Below, one piece after another: positions 47,870 to 61,253 of a stretch of 64,000 nt of DNA. The DNA comes from Squalus acanthias (Eukaryota): positions 143,966,001 to 144,030,000 of the forward strand of contig CM059431.1 in NCBI GenBank assembly GCA_030390025.1, read 5' to 3'. Below the pieces are notes generated by a model. It ran no database searches. It saw nothing but the letters and a program-made list of their open reading frames with translations, and was not told the origin of the DNA. Numbering within the stretch: position 1 is the stretch's first letter; the number at the start of each line of letters is the position of its first letter. The translations under genes and the position numbers were made by a program.

Positions 47870-49365
47870 TCAGATCTGAGAGGTGCGGTTCCCCAGATAT
47901 CGGTATTGGAACTTAAAGTTTTCACCACATTTATTATTGACTTGGATGGAGCAAAAGAGCGATGCATATCCAAGTTTGAAGATCGCACTAAGTTAGGAGG
48001 CACGGTAGTAGTGCAAATGAGAACGGAACATAACCAAAGGGATTGAGGCAGACTAAGTAAGCGGGCAAAATTATTTCAAATCGAGTTCACTGTGCGCAAG
48101 TGTGACATCATCCACTTTGGAACCAAGTAAGATAGTTCAGAGTATTTTCTAAATAATATTAACTGCTGAGGAGCAAAGAGGTTTGTGAGTCCCAGTTCAC
48201 AAATCATTAACAGCTAGTAGTCATGGAGCAAAAGACATTTGATAAAGTCCATCATAAGGGATTGTTAGGTAAAGTTGAAGCTCGTGGAAGTGAAGGCAAA
48301 TTATTGTCCTCGTTATGAAATTGGTTGAGCGACAGGAGACACACTGTACGGATAACGGGCATGTACTTTAATTGGCAGGATATTACTAGTGGTGTCCCTG
48401 AGGGATTATTTTGAGGCTTGCACTATACACCGTTTTTATTAACGACTTAATTGGTGCGATTGAAAGCCACACATCCAACTTTGACGATGACACAAAGATA
48501 GGTGACATTAGAAGCAGTTTAGATGGAAGCAAGAAATTAGAACAGATATTAATAGATTAAGTGAATGGACAAAACTGTGACAAGTTGATTTAAATATTAA
48601 CAAGTGTGAGGTCATCCACTTAGGACCTGAAAAGGAGAGATCAGAATACATTCTAAATGGCGAAGAGCTGGAACCAGTGAATGTCCATTGAGACTTGAGG
48701 TTCTATGTACATATATCGTTAAATTGTAATGGGTAGGTACAGAAAAGAATCAAAAACGATAATTGAATGGTGGGATTTATATCTATAGAATTATAATATA
48801 AGGGGGAGAAGCAATGCTACAGCTATACAAAGCACTGGTTAGACCACACCTGGAGTACTGTGTTCATGTCTGGGCATCACACCTTAGCAAGGTAGTATTA
48901 GTCTATGACTCTATTAGGCTTAACGAGTGAAGCATTGATTTACCAGAATGATACTTAGAGTCCAAGGGATAAATTACAAGGGGAGATTACACAAACTAGC
49001 GTTGTATTCCCTGGAATTTAGAAGCTTAAGGGGTGATTTGGTTGAAGTATTCACGATATTAAGGGGGAACGATAGGATAGATGGAGATAAACTATTTCCG
49101 ATGATTGGCGAGTCTAGGACTAGGGGACTCAGCCTTTCAGGAGTGAAGTTAGGAAAGACTTCTACATGGAATGAGTGGTACAAATTTGTAACTCACTTAA
49201 ACAAACAGCAGTGAATGCTGGGTCACATGTCAATTGTAAAACTGAGATTGTTAGATTTTTGATAACCAAAGGTTATTAAGGGATCTGGAGCAATCAGAGT
49301 TAGGTCACAGATCTCATTGAATGGCAAAAAGGCTCGAGGGGTTAAATGGCCCACTCTTCTTACTA
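47870..49365 (+). mobile_element. Old CR1 RT fragments
   Basis: ISKFEDRTKLGG, FDDDTKIG and RSLRGDLVEV. Confidence 0.75.
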
Positions 49366-49425
49366 TTCTCATTGTTAAAGGATCAGAGCACGAATGTGGA
49401 GATGAGAATCGTGATTTAAAAGCAG

Positions 49426-49481
49426 CACCTGAGCAGGGACCTGAACCCTGGACCCGCTCTACCAGACTGAGCTATCCGGGC
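49426..49481 (-). pseudogene. tRNA-Lys pseudogene lacking the anticodon arm
   Basis: GCCCGGATAGCTCAGTCTGGTAGAGC is joined directly to GGGTCCAGGGTTCAGGTCCCTG, with the same flanks as the 43756 copy. Confidence 0.85.
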
Positions 49482-50094
49482 TCACAAGTCTTCCATTTGC
49501 TGCCATGCATCATTGCACCCTCTACAAATTCAATTTTCTTCTCCAGTAATCCAGCCTGTTCAGTGCAAAGGAACAGCTGCAACTGCTGCAGGAATCCAGA
49601 TTTGTCCTGAGCGTGAAAATATGATCAGTTCGCGGGTTGAGCATTGCTGGTCTCCTCATCAGAAAATTGTCATCTCCTGATATGAACATAATTCGTCTCA
49701 TTATAGGAATACTGTTGGTCCAATCTTACGCATTTTGTTTACGTCATTTTCTGACTCAATATAAGATGATGGCTCTTATATAATCATTGATGGCAATATT
49801 ATTGTCCTGATCATACACACGATATTGGTGTCATTTAATGAACATTGTTGCTGTTACATGAATATAATTTATCTCACGATAGGAAATTATTGGGTTCAAT
49901 GTAAGAACACTATTGGTCGCCTCATATGTATATTATTCATATCATATCATTCTTCTTCTTATAAAACATCATTATTCACATGGTAGCAACATTATTCATC
50001 TCACAATCGAGTCCTTATAGTTCTTAATATAAGAACACTATTGGTCTAATCATAGGTACATTATTCATATCAAATGAACATTATTGGTGTAATT

Positions 50095-51235
50095 CATTGA
50101 AAATTAAAGCTAAACACCACTGGTCACCACATATGACCATTATTCATCTAATTATCCCCCCTGCTAGTGTTCCCATATTCAGCCCCTTAAGTCCAAGGAT
50201 CGCAGATTTGATCATATCTGGCACAGAACTGGCTTACCCAACCATCACCAGAACAAATTGGGCCACTTCAACTGCTATTCGGCCTCACTCTCCTCTGCCA
50301 ACACCCACAACTTGTCCAGAATTATCCTGGAGATCAATGATATCACACAGCTTTTTCCCCACTACCACCCATCCCGTTAAACCTTGCTACCTCACCCATC
50401 AAGCCAAACCTTTCCCCAGTCTCCCTCTGTCACAGCCGGGAAACCGAGTGTTTCTTGTTTCTCTCCTATTTGCTCTAAGTCCTTTATGAGAGCATCTTGT
50501 CCATGAGAGCCATCTCCTGCTCCCTCGACGCCATTCTCACGAAACGGCTGACGATCTAATTTACTTCCCTGCATCCCAAGTAAGCTGTCATTGTAACTGG
50601 TTCCATCTCCTCAGGTGCATTTCTTCCACCCCCTTTCAAAGCCGCCATTTTCAACCCTCCTTAAAATAAATACCCTTGATTCCTCTGTCCCAGCACATTA
50701 CTGCCCCGTCTCCAACATTCCTTGGCTCTCCAAAGTTCTTGAACACCTTGTCGCCTCTCAAATCAATTCTCATATTTCCTGAAACTCCATGTCTGACTCT
50801 CTCCAATCAGCTTTGCATGTCTGTCACAAGAGCAAAATGTCCCGATTCGAATTCACAAATGACAGCCTCTGTGACTGACCACAATGCAATATCCGTCCTT
50901 GTCTTCCTCGATCTCTCCGCAGCTTTCGACACACTCGGCCAAACCATTCTCCTTCAAAACCTTTCAGTCTAGCTCAGTGGGCCTTCCCTCTGTGGAACAA
51001 CCCTAACCTATTCAATTGCAGCCAGAGCGCATCCTGCAATGTTTTATCCTATCACCGCCCCAGCACCATCTGAGTCCCGCAAGGATCTATTCTTAAGCGC
51101 TTGTCTGCCCATTGGCAACATTACCCGCAGACATGGCTCACCTTCTACATGTATGCCAACGATACTCAGCTCTATCTCTACAATCTCTCTCTCGACCCCG
51201 CCACTGATGCTGTGCTGTTAGACGGCTTGTCCGCC
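50095..51235 (+). mobile_element. Decayed L2-like LINE ORF2 fragment
   Basis: VLVFLDLSAAFDT and YANDTQLY-like RT motifs. Confidence 0.75.
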
Positions 51236-52049
51236 AGGTTGATGTTTCGCGTTCTGATCCTGTGACAGTTTTGATTTCTAGCCTTTACTCAGTCTTCTTG
51301 TGAACAATTGCAGTGAGCAACAACATGGCTATAACCCCAAACCATGACTGGGGCGCACGGCAGACTGCTGCACTGAGTGCATTGCCACGGTGATTTCTGT
51401 TTATTAATCGCACGAAACAAACATAGGGTGCAACAATAAAAGTAACACGGGGTGACATTATGAAAACCAAATTCAACCTCATCGTGTCTATCAAGCCTGC
51501 TTCTTTAGCAATATGCTAAACCAACTCATGCATGCGACATCAAAGAAAACAAAAGAAGCAGTAAGTGTGAGAAACCAGTGCCCGACAGAATCCACAACCT
51601 TTTCAGCAAAACTGATGTAGAGATTCTGATAAGGGTTAATATTTTAAAAACTTCAGTAAAGTTTCACATTTTCTTGCACATAGAGCAACCGCACCTCACA
51701 ACGTTTCCTCATTGAAGGGAGCAAAGGTGCTCACCTCAAGCCTGACCAGGGCTTGGGCTTTTTCCCTTCACCCCCTCGCTCTCTCCTCCCACTCCACTCT
51801 GGATTATATCACTAAATATATGAGCTAACAAGCAATTGTTAAATGTCAGGTGAGACCCCTCAGAGGAGAAGATTGTCAATTTCTATAGGATGATCAAAAA
51901 TAGAGCGGTTTAAGAAGTACTTCGAATTGATTCGATAAACTGAAGGGCATCAGAGAGAAGACGAATTCTGTTGTACTTGAGTGCGAGATGAGTGATACTA
52001 TGTTGGGTATAATAAATACTGTAGATAATTAAACTAAATTCAGACATAG

Positions 52050-53110
52050 AGCCAGGGCCCGACTAGAAATATCCTGAGATCATGGCGGATTTGAATGAAG
52101 AAATTGCAAAGGGTACAGAAGTTATATATTTGGGCTCTACTGAGTGTGGGTGTGTGCGAGAGGACTAGTGTGCAACCAATGTAGTGCCCAGATTAAAAAA
52201 GGGAAACAGCTAATCCAGGTACCTACAGACCAGTTAGCTTAACATCTGAGCTAGGAGAACATTGAGAGTCTCTAATTAGGGATGAAATTAACATGTAGCT
52301 AGATGAAGAATTAGATAGTTAGAATTAACCAGCGCCAATTTCAAAAGGGATGATCATGCATGACAAAGCTCAGTGAATTATTTGACCATCTAACAGACAT
52401 GGGGATTTAAGCATAAGAGTAAAGACGTCTTACAAAAATTATATAGGGCCCTCGTGAGACCACACCTGGCGTATTCTGTACAGTTTAGGTCTCCTTACCT
52501 AAGGAAGGATATACTTGCCATAGAGGGAGTGCAACGAAGGTTCACCAGACTGTTTCCTGGGATGGGGAGATTGTCCTATGGGGAGAGATTGAGTAGACGA
52601 GGTCTATATTCTCTAGAGTTCAGAAGAATGTGAGGTGATCTAATTGAAACATACAAAATTCGTACAGGGCTTGACATGATAGATGCAGGGAGGATGTTTC
52701 CCCTGGCTGGGGAGTCTAGAACCAGGGGTCACAGTCTCAGAATAAGGGGTCGGCCATTTAGAACTGAGATGAGGAGAAATTTCTTCTCTCAGAGAGTGGT
52801 GAATCTTTGGAATGCTCTACACCAGAGGGCTGTGGAGGCTCAATCGTTGAGTATATTCAAGATAGAGATCGCTACATTTTTTAATATTAAGGGAACCAAG
52901 GGATATGGGGACAGTGCAGGTAAGTGGAGATGAGGCAGAAGGTCAGCCATGATCTTATTGAATGGTGGAGCAGGCTCAAAGGGCCAAATAGCCTACCCCT
53001 GCTCCTATTTCTTATGCTCTTGTGGTGGATGGGGATGTTGTGTTCCCATAAACTTTACATCAGTCTTTGACAAGGTACCACATGGTAGATGATTAGAGAA
53101 GATAAAGGAT
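52050..53110 (+). mobile_element. CR1 fragments: an old RT piece with a younger 3' end inserted at ~52400-53020
   Basis: NYRPVSLTS-like motif; GRMFPLAGESRTRGHSLRIRGRPF; 3' tail. Confidence 0.85.
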
Positions 53111-54714
53111 GTTGAATTCGGGGAAGACACCAAACTGACAGACAAGGCCACAGATCTGCGTGTTTGGTGGGGTGGGGTGCTTACAAACCACACCAGCCAA
53201 TTTATAGGTAGATCCTAACACACAGGTGCTAGATTTCTATTTTATGCTGTGTAATCTGTTTGCAGTCAGACTTTAAACATAAATTTCTCTTGGACGCGAC
53301 GAGGAATTATTGCACATCAAAATTAACCATACAACAAATTACAGACATTCGCATCCTCAATAATTGAACAGTAATTGTTACAAAGCAACCAGAGGGATTT
53401 TTATTCGAGGGATATTCCATTGGCTGCTGATGCTGAAAGTCCTGTCACATTAGCCCAGATTGTAAGGTGGGTGTGGTGGTCTACTCTGAGACTACGTCAT
53501 CATACTCCTTTGAAACATATCGCAAGTTTGGGATTTCGGTGCACTCGCTGAATCCTGAACTTGCGATCTTGCCTTGACATTGTGAAAAACCAATTGTTGG
53601 AGCAGATTTGGGCTATTTGACCACCAACTACCCAGCAATTACGAACGTGTTTCTTCTGGTTGGTGAAAGCAAGCGAAGGAGCCTGTTTCACATCGTAGAA
53701 TGTGATCTGCAGTGGAAAAATCACCACTTTGCATTTCCCCGATACCAAGACAAACATGGGATAGCACCGTTTACAATCTGCTCAATCAATTTTGAATAGA
53801 AATGCAATGGAAAATGATTAGTCGGCCCTTACATGTTTTCTTAACAATGCTACAAAACAAGTTTAGGGAAAAATAAACTGAGAAAATACCTGAGACTTGC
53901 AATAAAAAAGGTTCCTGATTATTGGTGGAGAAAATGTATCAAACAGACTCCTCGCTTAAAAGTAGCTGACTTCATAGCTGTTTAAATTGATTTGATGCAG
54001 ATACAGAGGACAATAATCTCATTCATCCTGTGCGTTGTCTGTGTGATGAATAAAGCTTTTTAGAACAAAGAACCCAGCACACAGACTATTAGACGGGTGA
54101 GGCTGATTTATTAATAGCAGATCTACATTGTGCAGGTTTAGGTGGAGGAGACTTTTTTTCGTCGACCGAGTTTCATTTGAATTAATTGGGAAGTTGAATG
54201 AGAATTTAAATAAAGTGAACATCTGTCAGATTTCAGAGACCAATTCTGTCCTTTCAACTCAAAAACGAACAAACAGTATAACGCATCCATAACAAGGAAA
54301 AGAGTTTTTTCTATTACCACTATAAATGATATATTTTAATCCTGAAAATTAACATTGAATATCTGGCTGGGAATCTCTATCTGAAGTTCAGCCACCTTCC
54401 TTGTAGGAGGTATAAAACATTGTTAGTCCTTTAGTGAGCATCAGAACAGGAAGTTGTAAACATAGTGACAAATAAATTGTGAGTTTGATGAAAAAAAAAC
54501 AAATGCTGATCTATGAAATAAGTCTAAGTAGCAGTTTAATACGAGGTTTTAAACGGCTTCGGTCTTCACAATATTTAGTTGGAGGAAATTTCTATTCATC
54601 CAGGACTAGATGTCAGACAAGCTGTCTGACAATATAGAGACCGTGCCTATTTGGTGCAAATAATGAATCATACAAGGGCAGCATTTCTATTGTAGCTCTT
54701 TTGGTGGAAGCAAT

Positions 54715-55165
54715 AAACAAATAAACTGTAACTTATCAAAAAACATTAAATGAAACTTTACAAGTTAATTTAAAATGCTGTTGCCGGGGGTGATGATGCA
54801 TCCCAGTCCCTCCGGTGTCCACCGGGCGCGGGAGGCCTCGAGCGTGCTGGCGAACACCGCGTGCTCCATCTCCAGGGCCACCCGGGCGCGAACATGGCCG
54901 CGGAAGAGAGGCAGACAGTCGGGCCGAACGACACACTCGACCACCCGCTGCCAGGACCTGTTGATGGTCACTTTGGCCAGGCTCAGGAGCAGTCCTATAG
55001 AGAGATCCTCGACCTGCCCGCTCCCCTCCGTACCGGGTGACCAAAGAACAGCAGCGTGGGACTGAAGTGCAACCAAAAATCGAGGAGCAGCCCCTTCAAA
55101 TAATGGAAGAGGGACTGCAACCTCTCACACTCCACTAAAACATGGAACACGGACTCCTCCAGGCA
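54715..55165 (-). mobile_element. Tx1/L1-clade non-LTR element 3' end
   Basis: CLEESVFHVLVEC zinc-knuckle remnant followed by LLLSLAKVTINRSWQRVVE..FRGHVRARVALEMEH..ARWTP. Clade assigned from recall. Confidence 0.6.
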
Positions 55166-55877
55166 GCATTTCTATTGTATTGAGAATAGTGTGAAACACT
55201 AATTGCAAAGCATCTCGTTAGAAAAACAAATTCACAATCTTCTGCTGTATTTTCAACCAATTTGGCCGTAGATAGTTCGTCCACTCACCGTGAACACAAG
55301 TATTGCAGTCCTGCTGAGTCACTTTCCAGTGAAATTCAAGCTAACAACTTTCCGATGTCAAATTATTGTGCAAGCGCTGACTAACTCTCACTAACTCCCA
55401 ATACAAAGCACACAGTTTGTGCGCTCACTGCTAATCGCATCACTGGAGCGCTCCTTTAGTCTGGAACCAGACGAACACGGCCAGCCCGGGGCTGGATTCA
55501 GGCAGCGAGCTCAGATCTTTATTTGCATCTCCGCTGAACTGATTCCAACTCAGCCTTGATAAACACTTGTAAAATAAACACAATGTAAACGTTCGGAAAG
55601 CATTTCAAATCCCAGAATTCTGCAATTTCACTTGAATAATAAATCACTGGGGCAGTCTGCAGCGATAGAACTGGGATCATCCGTTATTTTACAGTCAATA
55701 GCGATCTCGTCTCGAAGTCCAGTTAAATTGTTTCTAAATTAGTTTATAAAAGGTACTGAATCTACAACAGGTCATCCGTGTACTTGGGACTCTAGGCGGT
55801 GCAAGCTTGGCTGCTACCGGGGTCTCACACCAATGACCTCCCTCGGGTGGGGAGCGGATTCTTCCACTATTCTGGTA

Positions 55878-56578
55878 CAAAAGCAAAACACTGCGGATGC
55901 TGGAAAACTGAAATATAAACAGAAAATGCTGGAAACACTCAGCAGGTCAGGCAGCATCTGTAGAGAGAGAGAAACAGTGTTAACGTTTCAGGTCGATGCC
56001 CCTTCGTCAGAACTGGAAAATGTTGGAGATATAACAGATTTTTAAGCAAATGTAGGGGCAGGGAAAGGGAGGAGGGGAGGAAAGAACAAAAGGGGAGGTC
56101 TGTGATAGGATGGAAGACAGGATAGATTAAATGACTCAAGGGATGATGGTGCAAGGCAAGAGGAGATGGTAATGGGACAAGTTAAGAAACGAAAGATGAG
56201 TCTAGATGAGGTGTCAATGGCAATGGCAGAATCACAAACAGCTACCTTGTGAGAGAAAGAAAATCGGGTCCGAGGTTATGATCTGAAATTGTTGAACTCG
56301 ATGTTGAGTCCAGAAGGCTGTAAAGTGCCTAATCTAAAGATGAGGTGCTGTTCCTTGAGCTTACATTGAGCTTCGTTCGGACAGTGTAAGAAGCCGATGA
56401 CGGAGAGATCAGAGTGGGAGTGGAGCGGAGAATTAAACTGATAGGCAACCGGAAGCTCGGGGTCACACTTACGGACTGAAACGAGTTGTTCCGCAAAGCG
56501 ATCACCCAATCTGCGTTTGGTCTCCCCAGTGTAGAGGACACCACATCCTGAGCAGCGAATACAGTTTACTAAATTCCA
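55878..56578 (-). mobile_element. Penelope-like 3' fragment (GIY-YIG plus pseudo-LTR)
   Basis: NLVNCIRCSGCGVLYTGETKRRLGDRFAEQ..EQHLIFRLGTLQPSGLNIEF. Confidence 0.9.
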
Positions 56579-57329
56579 AAAGTACAACCTCGAGTGTGGG
56601 AGGGTCCGGCTGCTGTGTGACATTTGTCTTGGCTGCTCTGTGATTGGCTTCTGGCTCCTCTGTGATGTCACCTGGAGACAGGTTTTCAGCACTGGTTAAA
56701 CAGCATCAGTGGGATATTATTTTGGGCGGAGCTGGAGCTGGCAACGTACATTGTGAGTGAGTTCAGTCTGCAAAAAGAGTACTTCAAGCAAATGTAATTA
56801 ATTGTAAATTGGTTCAAATTAAAATTATTCATACTCGCAAAATCAGTCCCATTCCCTTCAATAACAGATTCTTGAATTAATATGACTCATTTTTATATTA
56901 AAAGATTCGTGAAGTGAGCTTTATCTCAGTAAGGTGGAGAGAGCAAAATCGAATCAGCACTACACTAACTGGGACTATACAAAGGTCGCTGATTTCACAG
57001 AGCAGATCTGGTGGGACCAACACTCACATTGAACAAAACAGGATGATACAGGAAGTTTCATCATGATTGGATAGGCGAGGAGCTCCACTGAGAATCCCAA
57101 CAGTACAGGATTTTTTCAAGGTGAGAGTCTAACCAGCTATTGGGTGCCGTTTAATTTCTGGCAAAAGACTCAGCATTTGATGCGGCAATTTGACTGGGGA
57201 TTCACTGGGATGTAAAGCTCGCCCATACCTAACCTGGGGGTGCGTCATGCTTACATGTACAGGGATTTATGTCCTGTATTCATAACATGCTGTACGTGAG
57301 ATGGTGAGCTTGATTGTGTAGTTTCAGAG

Positions 57330-57862
57330 AACTTGTACGTGCATCGGCCCCATGCTTTAGCTGAATTCACTGTGCTTGATGACCGACTATACAGTGAGCT
57401 TATCACTGTATCTAACACCTGCAATGGGAGTTTCAGATGGGACAGTGTAGAGGGAGCTTTGCTCTGTATCGGAACCGTGCTGTTCCTGAGCTTGGAGAGT
57501 TTTATGAGATAGTCTAGAGGGAGCTTTACTCTGTATCTAGCCCGTATTGTATCTAACCTGGGTGTGTTTGATGGAAAAATGCAGAAAGAGCTTTACTCTC
57601 TATTTAACCCATACTGTACCTAACCTGGGAGTGTTTGATGGGACAATTTAGACGGAACATTACTCAGTATATATCTCGTGCTTGACTTGAAGTGGGATTG
57701 TTTTATGGGCGCTTTAAATATGTTTTACAGTGTATGTAAGCCATGCTGTTCCTGACCTGGGAGTGTTTGATGGGACGGTGTAGCGGTTGATTAAATCTTC
57801 ATGTCTGTCGTGTCATACGTGAACTGCAAGTGTTTGATGGGACAGTGTAGACGGAGTTTTAA
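57330..57862. repeat. Degenerate 67-bp satellite
   Basis: Unit of type CTGTATCTAACCCGTGCTGTACCTGCCCTGGGAGTGTTTGATGGGACAGTGTAGAGGGAGCTTTACT. Confidence 0.8.
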
Positions 57863-58594
57863 CTATTATTGCCCATGACTTCCCCTCCAATTATTGCTCA
57901 AATGACCCCACCAATTGATAGCCCTGATGATCCCTACAATGTGCCTCTGGCGCCCATTCCTGTTACAGGAAACAGAGTAGTTGCAGAACACAGAGGAGGT
58001 TGTTACATCTTCATCCAAGCACCATTACCTCAAACTGCATTTCACTGTCGAGACAGGAGGGAGACGCAGTGCTTGATATTATGTGAGGGAGTGTTAGGGG
58101 TGCATAAATCAAAAGGTGGAAATTTGGGCCATTGAATAGTGGGAACTCATATTTGGAGGATGGGACAGAGAATTCATAAGGGGCAATTTTGCGCGGTTTT
58201 GCTCCATGCCTGGGGTCTCAGTACGTGGGAAGGAGTCGGATCAGGACTGAATGTACAACATGTGTTCATCCCCAATGAGACTGCACACCAGGAGCAGAGC
58301 ATGATCATGTGACCCTGTGACAGCTCTAAAGCGCCGAGCTCCGGCTGCTTTGCGACATTGTTACTGGCTGCTGTATGATTGGCTCCTGCCTCCTTTGTGA
58401 TGTCACCTGGAGACAGGTTTCGGCCCCTGGTTACGCCCCATCAGTGGTGCGTCACTGTGGACGGAGCTGGATTTGGCAGCAGATATTGTGAGAGAATAAA
58501 GACCCAATAAATAGGGGCAAGGAGAGAAAAGAACAATTTAATATTAAAGTAAGGAATTCAACCAATTGTCATTAATTGCAAATATATATAATTA

Positions 58595-58700
58595 AATCTG
58601 ATGAAAGGTCATCGACCTGAAACGTTAACTCTCTTTCTCTCTCTCCACGGATGCTGCCTGGCCTGCTGAGTTTTTCCAGCGTTTTCTGTTGTTATTTCAA
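58595..58700 (+). mobile_element. Short Penelope pseudo-LTR/SINE-like fragment
   Basis: CTGATGAAAGGTCATCGACCTGAAACGTTAAC..GATGCTGCCTGGCCTGCTGAG. Confidence 0.75.
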
Positions 58701-59149
58701 ATTAAATATATTGATTGTTGCAAAATTAGTTCGATTGTTTGCCGATTATAGTTTATAGAATTAACATGAATCATTTTTAAAATTGGTAGTTTCTTGGAGT
58801 CTGCAGTAACTGAGGACGGTGGAGAGAGAGCGGAGTCTAATCATCACCACATTAACTGGGACCGGAGAAATGCCACTGGCTTCACAGATCAGATCTGGAA
58901 GTACCAGGACCTCCGTGTCAAAGACAGGAAAAAACAGGAAGCTTCATCAATGATTGGAAGGATGAGGAACTTTCCCAAGAATCGAATCAGTCCAGGATTT
59001 TGCCGAGGTGAGAGTCGAACCCGGCATCAGCAGCTGGTCAACATTTGCCGTAAGGCTCGGCCTTTGATGCGGTAATTTGACTAGAGATTCACTCGTGTGT
59101 GAACCTTTTCTATACCTCAAGTGGGAGTGCTTCAAAATTACATGTAGAA

Positions 59150-59675
59150 GGGATTTTATCCTGTAACCGTACCGTGTATTACCTGAGTTGATTTGTTTCA
59201 TTGGATAGTGTCAGAGGAGGTTTACACTGCATTGAGCACATGCTGTAACTGAGTTGACTGTGCTTGATGAACCAAAATACAGCGAGATCTACACTTTATT
59301 GAGCCCCTGCTGTACCTGCCCTGTTCGTCAGTGACGGGACAATAGAAATGAAGCTTTACTCTGTATCTAACCCGTCCTGTACCTGCTCTGGAAGTGTTTG
59401 ATGGGGAAATGTAGAGTGAACTTTACTCTGTATCTAACCCTTGCTGTACTTGCCATTGGAGTGCTTGCTGGGAGAGTGTAGATTAAGCTTTACTCTGTAT
59501 CTAACACGTGCTGTATCTGCCATGGGAGTGTTTGATGGGAATGTGTAGAGTGAACTTTACTCTGTATCTAACCCGTCCTGTACCTGCCATTGGAGTGCTT
59601 GAGGGGAGAGTGTAGATTAAGCTTTACTCTGTATCTAACCCGTGCTGTACCTGCCCTGGGAGAGTTTGATGTATA
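59150..59675. repeat. 67-bp satellite, same family as 57330-57862
   Basis: CTGTATCTAA recurs at 59361, 59428, 59495 and onward. Confidence 0.88.
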
Positions 59676-59680
59676 GGGGG

Positions 59681-60852
59681 TGGTAATGGGGTCAGCCTTC
59701 ACTTTCTGACTCAGTGATCGGTTCGAATCGCTCCCACACACCTCTGGTTCCTAGACTTTGGACTTATTTAGGGGTTGCGAACAAAAGTGCAGTAGACAAC
59801 AGGTACTGATGAAAGAATTTTTACTTTATTAAAAGAAAAAGGTAGCAAACTTAAAACACACTTAATACTTAAACACAGATTGGGGAGCACACGGTACAGA
59901 CGAGGGAGAATGACAATATACCAAACAAAAACCTTATCCCTCCCAAAGATCCCACTATATAGCTAGGTTTTTGGTTTCAGGAGATCAGGGATGCTCACCA
60001 ACGAATCCTTGGCAGGATTTTAGAGTCTTTTGTTTAAAAGATTTCGTAAGGCCCTTGTTGCTGCGAGGCGTCCGATGGTCACTGAGGCAGTCGCTCTGGT
60101 TTCTTCTTGTGTGCTGGTCTGTTTGCTGGCCTTCCTCCTCGTGGCTTGTAGTGGTTTTTGCTGGAGCAGGGAGAGAGCTGTGTCAGCGTAGTCAGCGAGT
60201 CCAAAAGAGAAATAATTTTTGGGACAGACTTTCAATTATACTGTCTTTTTATCGCTCCCAAAAACCCCATACTAAAACGTTTCCTTTAGGTTGCAAATGA
60301 GCCTTGCAATGTCCATTGTCTAGTTTTGGCGGGCTTGCCAGTTCCGATGGCTTCAGCTCAGTGTTAAACAATTCTTGATCGTTTTCCGATTTAAACACAG
60401 CCTTATCTACGCGCCAAATCTCAACCCTATTGTCCTAGGGATTTTGGCGGGCTTTTAAATCTGTCCTGTGGATACCTGGTTGATTGGCTTTTGATGAAGT
60501 ACTAAATATTTTATTGATTTCAGGCTTCTGGTATCCTGTTTGGGCCTGGGAATTTTAAAAGGGGGTCTTGGACTATTCATATTTCGATGTGTGTGTGAGG
60601 CTTTGGGTTTGTCTCTTCCTCCTTAGTAGGATTGCAGTGTAAACAATTCCCAGACAGCTTGAGTGGGCCCCAATACCCAAAGCTGTCCACTGCCTGGCCA
60701 CGCCCCTCCGCAGCCTGTCTTGTGTCTGTGAAAGGTGTCTCTCCCAACAGTAAAATTCAAAAGTCATTTTTCTCAGGGCTTTTCTTCCCTGATCTTTAAA
60801 ATGGCCAAGACTGAGGTTTTTACATCAAATCGCTTCACTTAGGTCCCGTCAT
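59681..60852 (-). mobile_element. Possible solo LTR
   Basis: A ~1.17 kb non-coding block with TGACGGGACC.. / ..GACCCCATTACCA ends and a minus-strand AATAAA near 59826. No partner copy in the window. Confidence 0.3.
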
Positions 60853-60855
60853 CCC

Positions 60856-61253
60856 AAGAGGGGATCTCATCGAAACATATAAAATTCTGACAGGTCTGGA
60901 CAAACTAGATGCAGGAAGAATGTTCCCGATGGTCGGACAGTCCAGAACCAGGGGTCATAATCTAAAGATAAGGGGTAAGCCATTTAGGACAGAAATGAGG
61001 GAGAATTTCTTCACCCAGAGATGGGGGAACCTGTGGAATTCTCTACAACAGAAGGTAGCTGAGGCCAGGTCATTAAATATATTCAAGAAGGAGTGAGATA
61101 TATTTCTTAAAGCTAAAGGTATAAAGGGATATGGGGAGAAGGCAGGTACAGGGTACTGAGTTTGGATGATCAGCCATGAGCTCATCGAATGGCGGAGCAG
61201 GCTCGAGGGGCCGAATGGCTTACTCCTGCCCCAATCTTTTATGTATCTATGTA
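60856..61253 (+). mobile_element. CR1 3' fragment
   Basis: [35 protein letters not shown] plus tail. Confidence 0.9.

Noticed and set aside
49620..50095. AT-rich stretch with recurring ACATTATT/CATTATTGG words
   Set aside because: Probably a very old degenerate tandem repeat; I could not define a period.
53480..53800. Short unique-looking ORFs on both strands
   Set aside because: No recognisable motif or clear splice boundaries.
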